From: an uncultured Fibrobacter sp. | Lineage (GTDB): Bacteria > Fibrobacterota > Fibrobacteria > Fibrobacterales > Fibrobacteraceae | Direction of reading: 5' to 3' | DNA: 64,000 nt | Assembly: GCA_934700345.1 (NCBI GenBank) | Contig: CAKUXP010000002.1 | Span: forward strand, 50,515 to 114,514 | Shown: piece by piece, positions 36,845-45,783 of the stretch | Numbering within the stretch: position 1 is the first letter of the stretch | Layout: the number at the start of each line of letters is the position of its first letter | Notes under the pieces: generated by a model | What the model saw: only the letters and a program-made list of their open reading frames with translations | Told to the model about the DNA's origin: nothing | The model's database searches: none | Program-made: the position numbers and the translations under genes

Positions 36845-39797
36845 CCCCCATTCGAAATGGAACCTCGCCACCTATCACGGAGCCTACGCGATATTCGGCG
36901 AGGGCTTTGTCTCCGTGACGGACGGAGGCTCCGACTATTGGCATGTGCAGCTGACTAGGAGCGGCATCGAGCTGCGTGCCGGGAAAACCTACGAAGTACG
37001 GTTCTTCCTGCAGGGCGTAAGCGCGAGGCGTTATGTGGAGGTCCGCATCGGCAGGGACGGTTTTCCGTACGACGCGTTTGCCGAGTTCGGCGAGGTCGTG
37101 GCGACCGCGAACGGAAGGACGGTGACGAGAACTTTCACGATGCAGTCGGGAAGCGTAAGCAACGCCCGGTTCGAGTTCAATCTGGGCAAGGCTACGGGAA
37201 CGGTATATGTCGCCGACATTAGCCTGGACTGCCTCGATTGCGGCGATGATGTCGGAGCCGGCGATTTGCCGGTGTTTCCCGGGGAAAACCTGGACTATGC
37301 GGTCGTAGCCGATACGGTCGATTTCCGGGACGGCTCCATGTCCTTGGGGAGCGTGTTCGGGACAAGGCTTGAACTGGGGGCGGACTCCAAAGTCTTCGGC
37401 GATGTCGATGTCGCGGCGGCGTGCTTCCTTCGGGAACGCACAAAAATTGATGGCGGCTTGCGCTACGGGCGTCCGTGCGCGGAGCAGAACGGCGTGTCCG
37501 CGAAGACGAAAAGCGCCGCCAAACTATCGAAACCCGCATTCGGCGTCCCGAATATCGTTCCCGGGATTTCCCCGGTTTCTGTCGGATTGAAACAGTCCGC
37601 CGAGCTTCCTCCCGGGAGTTACGGGACTTTCTATGCCGCGGCGAAGTCCAGAATCCGTTTTTCTTCGGGAGCTTACGCGTTCCAGTACTTTTACACGGAA
37701 CCCGATGCTGAAATAATTTTTGACTTGTCCGCTGGGCCGGTTACGGTCGGCGTGTCCGGAAGCGTTCGCTTTGGCGACAGGAACCGGTTCTCCGTTATCG
37801 GTGGAAACCCGAGCGAAATTTTGTGGAACGTTTCCGGGGAAAGAGTCGATATGGGGACCGACGGCCTTTATTTCGGAAAATTTGTCGCCCCGGATGCCTG
37901 CGTGCGCATCCCCTCCCGTTCGCATCTCGTCGGTGGCGTCTATGCGAGAAAGTTCGCGATCGAGCCGCAATCGACCGTGTCCAGGGAACCTCGCGCCAGG
38001 GAAATCTCCCACAGCGAAGAGCACTTCGGGCCATTTTTCGAACCGGGAAGGTTTCGCTACCGTTCCCAGGTTTCGCCTTCCCTGTCCAGGATAGAGATGT
38101 TCGTCTATGCGGACAGCCTCCAGGTCACGGTGAATGGAGGCCCTTCAAGGGTCGTTGAGCTTTCGTCTTCGGAAGTTTCTGTCAAAGTGTCGCTCAGGCG
38201 GAACCCGGTGGCGGGGTTCCCTTCCGAAGCGTTCCGCAGCAGCTATCGGTTTGACTTTCTGAAAAATGCGAATTACCGCATCTACTGGAATCCGCAGACG
38301 CCGTGCAGGCAGGGTTGCGACGGGATGACCGCGGCGACGGCCGTCGGCGATTTTGGAAAGGCTCTCGAAACGGCAAGAACGACCGGTCGGGAAATCAACA
38401 TGGCCGGCGGGACCTGGAACGCCTCGGAAAGTTTCCCGGACAGCGTCGTCTCCTGGAAAGTGGGCTTCGAGCTTGTCGGCAACACAGAAAACCTGGGGGA
38501 CCTGTCTTCCGAAAACGACCTGCCCCTGATCGATTTGGGAAATGCCTCCCACATCGAGATAGAGGGGCGCTCTCCGCGCAGCCTGACCGGTTTCCGCATC
38601 GCGAACGGATACAATGCCGGTGACGGCGGCGCAATTTATTCGAACAGCCAGAAGCTCGGGCTTAAAAATCTTCTGGTTTCTTCGTCAAAATCTGGAGGTG
38701 CTGGCGGTGCGGTCTTTGCTTCCGATACGATAAATTTGGAAAATGTCCGTATTTTAAAAAGCTCGTCATTTGGAAACGGAGGAGCTGTTTCTGTCGGCGG
38801 ATTCGCAAAGTTTCTCAACGTTCTGTTTACGGAAAATACTTCTGCAAAAAATGGTGGGGCGCTTGGATTGAATGGTGCAAATGCTTATATTGGAAATGGC
38901 ATATTTTATGGAAATCGATCCGGACTTTCTGGCGGAGCGGTTTACAATGAAAATTCTTTGCTCAATATATGGAATTCAACGTTTTTTGCAAATTTGGCAA
39001 CTACGGCAAACGGAGCTCTTGGGGGAAATGCAAAAGGAATGATTGGAAATAGCATTTTTTGGAAAAATATCACTTCTAAATGCAGCTCAGAAGATTGTTC
39101 TTCGGAGGTCGTTGTTGGTTATTCCGCTACAAATTCCTCCTTTACAAATGCTTATGTTGGCAATAACATTTATGTTGGTGATCCGAAGTTTGCGGATGAA
39201 AAAAATCCAGAAGGCAGAAATGCATATATGGATTATGATGCAGGAATCAACTTGTCCGAGGACTCTCCTCTTTTAAAAGCGGGAATAGCGGATATAAATG
39301 TTCCGACTGACGATTTACTGTCGGAAATTCGAAATATGGCGAATATTGCCTTGGGTGCCTATGCGTATGCAAAACCTAAGCGTGAAACATCTTTTGGTGT
39401 ATTAGATAAGGATGGATCGGTTGTTTCAATAAAGCCTTCAATTCCCTTGATAAATGCAATTTCTGGAGATTATTACAGGGAATATCTAGCGACATCGCCT
39501 TATGCTCGTGTTTGGAAGGCGACGGTTAAAAAGCACAAGAAAACAAAAAAAGATAAGGCTCATGTCAAAATGTGGGTAGTGAACAGACGTGGTGAAAAAA
39601 TTACAAAAGAACCCGTAGAATTTGAAGTTTACCGAAATGGGGAAGAGAACGGTCGCTATGTATTTCAAACGATGACCAAAACTGCCGGTAAACCGGTTTT
39701 ATTTTCGATGCGCCCTGAAGATGCTGGAAATTATAAGGATGCTATTGTTTTATATATGAAGTCTGTTTCTGATTATTTCTATTACGAGGCGGAATAG
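36780..39797 (+). CDS. Large secreted surface protein (1006 aa): N-terminal CBM4/9-like domain, central repetitive region, parallel beta-helix with Pmp/GGA-type repeats. The C-terminal ~380 aa are compositionally distinct (AT-rich).
   Basis: Signal peptide from cassette X (ATG 36780; the track ORF from 36723 includes UTR). The CBM-like region is WHVQLTRSGIELRAGKTYEVRFFLQG. The beta-helix shows repeated GGAIYSN / GGAGGAVFAS / NGGAVSVG / NGGALGLN / SGGAVYNE. G+C drops abruptly near 38640. Confidence 0.6.
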   Translation: MHLRVFFLLLLVSLGNVLAVQFPHSKWNLATYHGAYAIFGEGFVSVTDGGSDYWHVQLTRSGIELRAGKTYEVRFFLQGVSARRYVEVRIGRDGFPYDAFAEFGEVVATANGRTVTRTFTMQSGSVSNARFEFNLGKATGTVYVADISLDCLDCGDDVGAGDLPVFPGENLDYAVVADTVDFRDGSMSLGSVFGTRLELGADSKVFGDVDVAAACFLRERTKIDGGLRYGRPCAEQNGVSAKTKSAAKLSKPAFGVPNIVPGISPVSVGLKQSAELPPGSYGTFYAAAKSRIRFSSGAYAFQYFYTEPDAEIIFDLSAGPVTVGVSGSVRFGDRNRFSVIGGNPSEILWNVSGERVDMGTDGLYFGKFVAPDACVRIPSRSHLVGGVYARKFAIEPQSTVSREPRAREISHSEEHFGPFFEPGRFRYRSQVSPSLSRIEMFVYADSLQVTVNGGPSRVVELSSSEVSVKVSLRRNPVAGFPSEAFRSSYRFDFLKNANYRIYWNPQTPCRQGCDGMTAATAVGDFGKALETARTTGREINMAGGTWNASESFPDSVVSWKVGFELVGNTENLGDLSSENDLPLIDLGNASHIEIEGRSPRSLTGFRIANGYNAGDGGAIYSNSQKLGLKNLLVSSSKSGGAGGAVFASDTINLENVRILKSSSFGNGGAVSVGGFAKFLNVLFTENTSAKNGGALGLNGANAYIGNGIFYGNRSGLSGGAVYNENSLLNIWNSTFFANLATTANGALGGNAKGMIGNSIFWKNITSKCSSEDCSSEVVVGYSATNSSFTNAYVGNNIYVGDPKFADEKNPEGRNAYMDYDAGINLSEDSPLLKAGIADINVPTDDLLSEIRNMANIALGAYAYAKPKRETSFGVLDKDGSVVSIKPSIPLINAISGDYYREYLATSPYARVWKATVKKHKKTKKDKAHVKMWVVNRRGEKITKEPVEFEVYRNGEENGRYVFQTMTKTAGKPVLFSMRPEDAGNYKDAIVLYMKSVSDYFYYEAE

Positions 39798-39799
39798 CG

Positions 39800-41476
39800 A
39801 TGTTTGGAGATTTGGTGAAATGGTGTCTGCTTCTTTCTTTTTTTATGACTTTGATTGCTTGTGATGACGACAAGGTCACTGGGAATACGCGTAAAGAAGA
39901 TTGCGATGAAAGCAACAACCCAAATTGCTATAAGACTATACCGGGAGTTTCTCCGATAAGTGGTGATTATGATTATAAGTCATATGATGATGGGGATGTG
40001 GTCACGTTCCAATGGGACCAGACGCTGGCTTGGTTTCTTCAATCCGAAAATCACCAATATGGTTATGATCGAGATCCTTTTTCAAATTTAGAAGATTATG
40101 TGGAACGCGGAAAGGATGTGTATATGTCTGTCCTAAAAGGTGAAATGGCAAAAGTGAAAATTGTTGTAGACCAAAATTCAAAAAAGATTTATCGAGTGCA
40201 TCGAATTAGTGAAAATAAAGAAATTTTAGAAAAAAATATTATCGTTGGAACGGATGTGTGTCAAGAAAAAAGCTGTGTAAAAGAATACGCCTTGCCTGTT
40301 GGACATTATGCTGTATTTTATGATGAATTGGATAAAAAAAGATATTTGCACATAATTGAATACTCAAAAAAGACGAACGATATTTATTTTGTGCAGCTTG
40401 GAGATGAATATGGAAATACATGCAATATCGGAAATGCTAATGGATGTTATACCAAGAAATCTGTTCAGGACAATTATAACCGAGTGATGGCTCAGGTGGT
40501 AACTGAGGGAAATTTTATCGAAGTCGATCCGACAAAGATGGATTTGGAAACGGCAGGACCGAATAACATTCTTATTGTTGATTTGAATAGTACGAAAGAC
40601 TCAAAATTACCGCTTGTCAATCAAATCTATGATAAAATTTTAGCAAGCAAGGAATTTGGCTATGGGAATGAAGAGGAAAAATATAACGAGATTAGAGAAA
40701 AATATGAAAACGGTGAAGTAGATGTTTCTATCTTCAATTATGCTGTCGAAGCTTATAATTCCGCTGTGTTACGGCATCGGCAGAAGCATATTGTTTTAGC
40801 GATTAACGAAATGCGGATACGATGGAAATTTTTTATAGGGGATGATTACTCTTTAGGCAATTTGAGTGCGTTTGAACGCGCTTGTGAAGTGGATGAAGAT
40901 GTTTGTCAATCGGGTTCTTTGGCTATGACATTGGAAAGTAGCTGTGGCGATAAGGACGTCCCTATAAAATTGAGTGTTGCAAAAACAAAAGACAACGATC
41001 AGTTTATTCCTAAGATTTCTGGATTTGGGGCTTTAAAAAATGGTTGCGAATACAGTATCTATGCGGATGTTTATCCTTTTGTCCCCGATGATCCGAATGC
41101 CGCCCAAATAACCATCACTAACTATAAATCGGAAAAAGATAAAACGGTAATTGGTGGCATGGTATGGGGAAGTCATTTGAATGGTTCTGCTTCACTGAAT
41201 ACGATTGTTCATGAAATCGGTCATTCGTTTGGTTTGACGGATTTACATAAGGATCCAAATGACCCTTCCAATGCTCCAGAACGTTATTACTATTTTGCCT
41301 TTAATGAAGGCAATATCATGGCGAGCTATGTGCCGTCCGGAGAACGGCTTCGTTATCGACCGCTTTTTGTTGTAAATACGGGGACTAACGATAGGATTCT
41401 TTTAGGAAATGGGTGGTATGCCACCGAAAACCAGTGGGATTGTGTCCGTTCAACAAGTAAATGTTATAAAAAGTAG
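39800..41476 (+). CDS. AT-rich lipoprotein with an HExxHxxGxxD putative zinc-metallopeptidase motif
   Basis: Lipobox FFMTLIACDDD. HEIGHSFGLTDLH near the C-terminus. Starts 3 nt after the previous stop. Markedly AT-rich; the ORF itself is confident but the function is not. Confidence 0.5.
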   Translation: MFGDLVKWCLLLSFFMTLIACDDDKVTGNTRKEDCDESNNPNCYKTIPGVSPISGDYDYKSYDDGDVVTFQWDQTLAWFLQSENHQYGYDRDPFSNLEDYVERGKDVYMSVLKGEMAKVKIVVDQNSKKIYRVHRISENKEILEKNIIVGTDVCQEKSCVKEYALPVGHYAVFYDELDKKRYLHIIEYSKKTNDIYFVQLGDEYGNTCNIGNANGCYTKKSVQDNYNRVMAQVVTEGNFIEVDPTKMDLETAGPNNILIVDLNSTKDSKLPLVNQIYDKILASKEFGYGNEEEKYNEIREKYENGEVDVSIFNYAVEAYNSAVLRHRQKHIVLAINEMRIRWKFFIGDDYSLGNLSAFERACEVDEDVCQSGSLAMTLESSCGDKDVPIKLSVAKTKDNDQFIPKISGFGALKNGCEYSIYADVYPFVPDDPNAAQITITNYKSEKDKTVIGGMVWGSHLNGSASLNTIVHEIGHSFGLTDLHKDPNDPSNAPERYYYFAFNEGNIMASYVPSGERLRYRPLFVVNTGTNDRILLGNGWYATENQWDCVRSTSKCYKK

Positions 41477-41485
41477 GTAAAAACC

Positions 41486-42856
41486 ATGAAAATCAAAATA
41501 ATCCTTTTTCTCGCCATTGCGGTGCAGGCCTTTGCCGCCAAGGATTCTCTCTACGAAATCAATGGAACGGTTTTTAACAAGGAACACGGGCCGAGAGGTC
41601 CCAAGGCGATAGTCAAGGTTTCCCGTACTGTACCGAGGATAAAGCCGCTCCGCGCAAGCGAGGATTCGTTTCAGGTTTCCTTGAGAAAAGGTGGAGATGA
41701 GCGTTGGCTTGAAATGGAAAAGAATACGGTCTATTCCGTCTGTGTCGATGATGATGGCGGCTTTTGGAAAGTTGAAGATTTCAAGTACGAAAAAGAGGGA
41801 AGTTCATGCATTAGATTGCATTCCGGGAATTACGTGAAAAACGGGAAAATTCAGTATGCGACCAGGATGGGCAACGGTTACACTTTTCAGTTGTTGGTCG
41901 GAATGAAGTACATCGATCTCAGGGGGAAAAAACATCTTTTGGGGTATTTAGAGCTGGGCGAAGGCTTCTATTACAAGGAAGGCCTTTGGTATCCGATCGA
42001 TCCGGGAAGGTACGAAGCTATGGACAAGGTTCTGGCTGTGGATAAGTATATGGTCACCGAATGCGAATTTGTTCAGGCTCTGTGGGACTCCATTCCTGCG
42101 CAAGCCAAAAGGGAGTACCAGAGGAATCATCCCTTTTGGATAGAGAAAAAAAAGACCATGACGAAAAACGGATTTTGCGATGCGCATGATTCCGCGGTGG
42201 TCCGTGTCAATTTGTACTATGCCCTTGTCTATGCGAATCTTCGAAGTGTTCGGGACGGTTTTCAACCGGTCTATTCTTTCGAATGGACGGATAATGGATA
42301 CGGCCTTGCGGAAGACGGCAGCTTTGTCATTTCCGATGTCAATTTTCACGTAGAAAACTCGGCTGTCCGCGTGAGGATAGATACAAGCGCGAACGGCTAT
42401 CGTTTGCCCTATTACGATGAATGGATGGCGTTGGGACGCGCCGGACATGATTATACGTTTTATGTATGGGGCCGTGATGGCGATTCCGCAATTGCCGCTC
42501 GGCACGCTTGGTTTGGCGTCCGGGACCCGGAAGACAAGTATTTAAAAATGAACAGGAACGATTGGAATGAACGAAGCCGCTTGGAACGTTCTTGCGGGAA
42601 ATGGCTACAAAAATCTAAGCCGGTAGGAATGCTGAAACCGAATGACTACGGATTGTATGACATGTTTGGTCTTGTGTGCGAAAACGTTATCATGGAAAAA
42701 CACCAGGTATATTTCCATGGGGTTGCGGCTACCTGCAAGGGCGGCTTTTTGGCGGATACCCTCAAGGCGTTGAACTTTAAAGCGAAGTGCAGGACTGATT
42801 TTTTTGATCCGGAAAGACTTTTCCAAGGATTGCGCCTGGTCAGGCAAATCAAGTGA
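41486..42856 (+). CDS. Secreted FGE-sulfatase/SUMF1-domain protein (paralog B)
   Basis: Signal peptide MKIKIILFLAIAVQAFAA. VTECEFVQALWD, ANGYRLPYYDEWMALGRAG, KPNDYGLYDMFGLVCENV and C-terminal GLRLVRQIK. Confidence 0.7.
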   Translation: MKIKIILFLAIAVQAFAAKDSLYEINGTVFNKEHGPRGPKAIVKVSRTVPRIKPLRASEDSFQVSLRKGGDERWLEMEKNTVYSVCVDDDGGFWKVEDFKYEKEGSSCIRLHSGNYVKNGKIQYATRMGNGYTFQLLVGMKYIDLRGKKHLLGYLELGEGFYYKEGLWYPIDPGRYEAMDKVLAVDKYMVTECEFVQALWDSIPAQAKREYQRNHPFWIEKKKTMTKNGFCDAHDSAVVRVNLYYALVYANLRSVRDGFQPVYSFEWTDNGYGLAEDGSFVISDVNFHVENSAVRVRIDTSANGYRLPYYDEWMALGRAGHDYTFYVWGRDGDSAIAARHAWFGVRDPEDKYLKMNRNDWNERSRLERSCGKWLQKSKPVGMLKPNDYGLYDMFGLVCENVIMEKHQVYFHGVAATCKGGFLADTLKALNFKAKCRTDFFDPERLFQGLRLVRQIK

Positions 42857-42875
42857 TGGTGCAAAATGTTGAAAT

Positions 42876-43046
42876 TACGAAAACCAATGGGATTGTCTGC
42901 ACCGTCTGTCGGAAGAGAGCTGTGCGGATCCTGAAATGTGGAGGATTGACCGATGAGAATTTTTACCTGCTTCGCCGTTCTTTTTCTGGCGTTGAACAAA
43001 ATCTTTGCGTTGGAGTACCATGTCGTATTCGATGCGAAGGGGCGGC
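42876..43046 (+). repeat. Cassette Y copy 2 (intact; drives paralog C)
   Basis: See copy 1 at 36504-36673. Confidence 0.85.
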
Positions 43047-44281
43047 TTATCGGAAAAACAGAGGGCTCGGCAAAGATCGGTTACGAGAATTTCGGGAAAG
43101 GCGCCTATTTTGTACTCCGTAAAGGCACTGCGGATAAAAAATCGCCGGAATATAAACGCTCCGTTCCCGCCTTAGAATCTGGTCGGACAAGGTGGTATGA
43201 GGCGGAAAAAAATGAACATGTCAAGATTTGCCCGTCCAATTCGTCGAGCGGAGGAGTTTGGCTTGCCAAGATTCAAGCCGAGGTGGATGCTTCAAACTGT
43301 CTCGGTGTCTTTACGGGTCAATTTGTCCGGAGTCTTTTCGCCCTGTATGTTCCGGACACTTTGAAAATGGAATCTGCGGATACGAGCTGGATTCTTGTCG
43401 GACAAAAAATCGCGCCCATTTCGAAGGGAACGCATCGTTTCTTCGAGGGGAAAGAAGCTCCGCTTCGAAAGATGCAAAATCCGGAATCGGGATATCGAGA
43501 TATAAATTTCTCTTATGATTTGATTGTCGATGCTATGGAGTTCCGTGTGGGCGATGCGGAATGGTTGATTGGTTCGGCTGAAACAGACTCTTTGATAGGA
43601 AAGGACTTGGATTTCATTGATGAACGGAAACTTTTTAACCGAAGTTCCTTGCCCATGGAAACATCGGAAATATATCGCCTGGCAAACGCCCGCAGCGCAC
43701 GTGACGGCCTAGATTCCGTGTACAGGCTTTTACCAAAGGATGTGTGGGAAAAAAGCGGGCTTCCCTTTTTGGACATTTCCGAACGGAGAAATTTAGTCCT
43801 TGTACTTGACACTTCTGCGAATGGCTACCGAGCGCCTTTTTTTGAAGAATGGGCCGCTCTGCAACGCGCAGGAGGTTCGGGAGATTTCTTCTGGGGTAAC
43901 GATAATTCTCTGTCTGGAGAAGCGATCAAATACGAACAACTGTTTGGGGATACGGCCTCTGCCTTTTGCCGTCCGTCGGGCCAAAAGACGCCGAATCCGT
44001 ATGGCCTGTACGATGTCTATGGAAATGCTTTGGAATATGTCTTGAAACGGTCCGTATCGTCGGGGCGTTATTACCACATGATCGAATGCCAAACGGATTT
44101 TAAATATGACCGCAGCCCGGTGTGTTCTCTGTTCTTTGACATGGTCGGCTACAGGGCGAGCAAGAGGCGAAAAATCTGCATCGGAGAGTTTGATGCAGAG
44201 GGAAATGTCTCCGAGACATGCACGCCCTATATGAAGCGGACCTTTGTCAAAGGCTTCCGCCTTGTGCGAAAGCTGCGGTGA
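42953..44281 (+). CDS. Secreted FGE-sulfatase/SUMF1-domain protein (paralog C)
   Basis: Signal peptide MRIFTCFAVLFLALNKIFA. ANGYRAPFFEEWAALQRAG, PNPYGLYDVYGNALEYV and C-terminal GFRLVRKLR. Confidence 0.7.
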   Translation: MRIFTCFAVLFLALNKIFALEYHVVFDAKGRLIGKTEGSAKIGYENFGKGAYFVLRKGTADKKSPEYKRSVPALESGRTRWYEAEKNEHVKICPSNSSSGGVWLAKIQAEVDASNCLGVFTGQFVRSLFALYVPDTLKMESADTSWILVGQKIAPISKGTHRFFEGKEAPLRKMQNPESGYRDINFSYDLIVDAMEFRVGDAEWLIGSAETDSLIGKDLDFIDERKLFNRSSLPMETSEIYRLANARSARDGLDSVYRLLPKDVWEKSGLPFLDISERRNLVLVLDTSANGYRAPFFEEWAALQRAGGSGDFFWGNDNSLSGEAIKYEQLFGDTASAFCRPSGQKTPNPYGLYDVYGNALEYVLKRSVSSGRYYHMIECQTDFKYDRSPVCSLFFDMVGYRASKRRKICIGEFDAEGNVSETCTPYMKRTFVKGFRLVRKLR

Positions 44282-44300
44282 GGTCGCAGTAATTATTCCC

Positions 44301-44729
44301 TCAGATATAATACATATATCCCGAGGATTTTTTGGAAATGAGTTTGTCTAAGGTGATGCTTTTTAGGACCGCGGAAAGCGCTTCGTCGATTTTGTCGTAA
44401 AGCCCGATGCGCAGGGCCTTTCGAAACGGAGTTTCTTCTGCTGTCGGGAGCGGCGGATCGATGATTTTCAGGTCGCCTTCCAGGGCTTCCAGAATGCTGT
44501 CGAGGTGAATGTCGGCGGGAGGCTTGGCGAGAACGAATCCGCCGCTCGAACCCTTGATGGATCGGATGAATCCCGCACGCTTCAGGACGATGGCGATTTG
44601 CCCGAGATAGGTTGAAGATATCTGCTGCCTTTCCGAAATTTCGGCAAGGGTCGTGTGCGAGTTTGGCCCCTGCTCCGCGATATCGATTAAAAAGCGGATG
44701 CCGTAGCGTCCCTTGGTGGAAATCTTCAT
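44301..44729 (-). CDS. Rrf2-family transcriptional regulator (no Cys cluster)
   Basis: MKISTKGRYGIRFLIDIAEQG... is a typical Rrf2 winged-helix N-terminus. Start ATG 44727-44729 overlaps the stop of the upstream Rrf2 gene (ATGA). Confidence 0.8.
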   Translation of the reverse strand: MKISTKGRYGIRFLIDIAEQGPNSHTTLAEISERQQISSTYLGQIAIVLKRAGFIRSIKGSSGGFVLAKPPADIHLDSILEALEGDLKIIDPPLPTAEETPFRKALRIGLYDKIDEALSAVLKSITLDKLISKKSSGYMYYI

Positions 44730-45154
44730 CCGATGAAAACTCCTTGCACTCCGCGGTAAATGGTCGCAAGGTCTTCGAGCGATACCGTCTTGAGGGTGGC
44801 TTCGAGCGCGCCGCTCACCTTGTCCCAGACCTCCTTGGATTCGCAAGCTTCCTTGCGTGGACATTCGCCGCCGTTTTGGCAGGGAACGGACCGGAGCGAC
44901 GTCTCCATCTTGCTTAGAATGTCATACGCGGAAATCTCCCCGGGTTTCTTGGCGAGCCTGTACCCGCCTTGTACGCCGCGGGTTCCGGTGATGAATCCCG
45001 CCTTTTTGAGCGGAATGAAAAGCTGTTCCAGGTAGCCTTCCGAAAGCTTTGTCTCTTCGGCAATCGAATGGATGCTGCGAGGCTTCTCGGAAGTCCCCGT
45101 GGCGAGATTTAAAAGTGCTTCAATGGCGTATTGTCCGCGGGTGGAAATCTTCAT
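44726..45154 (-). CDS. Rrf2-family transcriptional regulator with three Cys (CQNGGECPRKEAC), an IscR/NsrR-like Fe-S type
   Basis: MKISTRGQYAIEALLNLATG... with the cysteine triad in the position used for cluster ligation in IscR/NsrR. Start at 45154 overlaps the OMP gene stop (ATGA). Confidence 0.8.
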   Translation of the reverse strand: MKISTRGQYAIEALLNLATGTSEKPRSIHSIAEETKLSEGYLEQLFIPLKKAGFITGTRGVQGGYRLAKKPGEISAYDILSKMETSLRSVPCQNGGECPRKEACESKEVWDKVSGALEATLKTVSLEDLATIYRGVQGVFIG

Positions 45155-45699
45155 CTGCTGACGTCGATGGCTTTTAATCCCGGGCGGGAATTGGCAAACA
45201 GGATTCCCAGCGAGATGCCGAACCCGTGTTCGGTCTCCTTGGCGAACGTCCACTGGTAGGAACCCTTGATGCGGAAGGAGATGAACGATTCGCGGAAAAA
45301 GTAAAGTCCCGCGTTGGCTTCTACGGTCGGTCCGAACCGGTCGCCGAACGTATCGAGAATGTCGTCTTCGGGAAGCGCGCTTACGCCGGCCATGCCGCCG
45401 ACAAAGGGTGTGATGCTTGCCGGGAGAAGCATTTGCTGCAGACCGAGCTTTACGTTAAATCCGTTTCCCGGGAACGAGTAGCCGATGTCGCTCGTTAGGC
45501 TCGTGTAGGGGAGAAGCTGGATGTTCGAAACAAAGTTCACTACGCCGAATGCCGAGCGTTCGTCGCTCCAGGAATCGTTTACGGGTTTGAATGCTCCGAG
45601 TTCAAGGCCAAAACTCGAAAACGGGTTATAGACGGGACGTCCTTCGCCTGCGAAAGCCGCGATAGCCAGAGAACCGATAAAAAGAATCCATTTTTTCAT
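45151..45699 (-). CDS. Small secreted outer-membrane beta-barrel-like protein
   Basis: Signal peptide MKKWILFIGSLAIAAFAGEG at ATG 45699. Alternating hydrophobic beta-strand pattern with G/Y/F-rich segments, 182 aa. First gene of a three-gene translationally coupled unit. Confidence 0.45.
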   Translation of the reverse strand: MKKWILFIGSLAIAAFAGEGRPVYNPFSSFGLELGAFKPVNDSWSDERSAFGVVNFVSNIQLLPYTSLTSDIGYSFPGNGFNVKLGLQQMLLPASITPFVGGMAGVSALPEDDILDTFGDRFGPTVEANAGLYFFRESFISFRIKGSYQWTFAKETEHGFGISLGILFANSRPGLKAIDVSR

Positions 45700-45717
45700 A
45701 TTGAATCTCCAATCACA

Positions 45718-45783
45718 GAACATTCTGCAAGGTAGCAAAATAACAAATGCGAAAAGCGTTCTACTAGGAATTGCGGAACATTC
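45718..45783. promoter_or_regulatory. Two copies of GAACATTC (45718-45725 and 45776-45783) in the promoter region of the OMP-Rrf2-Rrf2 operon
   Basis: cacaGAACATTCtgc and gcgGAACATTCgga, 58 bp apart. Each has a dyad-like gaa..ttc core. These are candidate Rrf2 operator half-sites. Confidence 0.2.

Noticed and set aside
39800-41476. 558-aa AT-rich lipoprotein as an immunity protein for a polymorphic toxin
   Set aside because: It is attractive given the position after a compositionally distinct C-terminus. However, the protein is large, lipidated and has an HExxH motif, unlike typical small cytoplasmic immunity proteins. It is kept as an open possibility in the findings rather than asserted.
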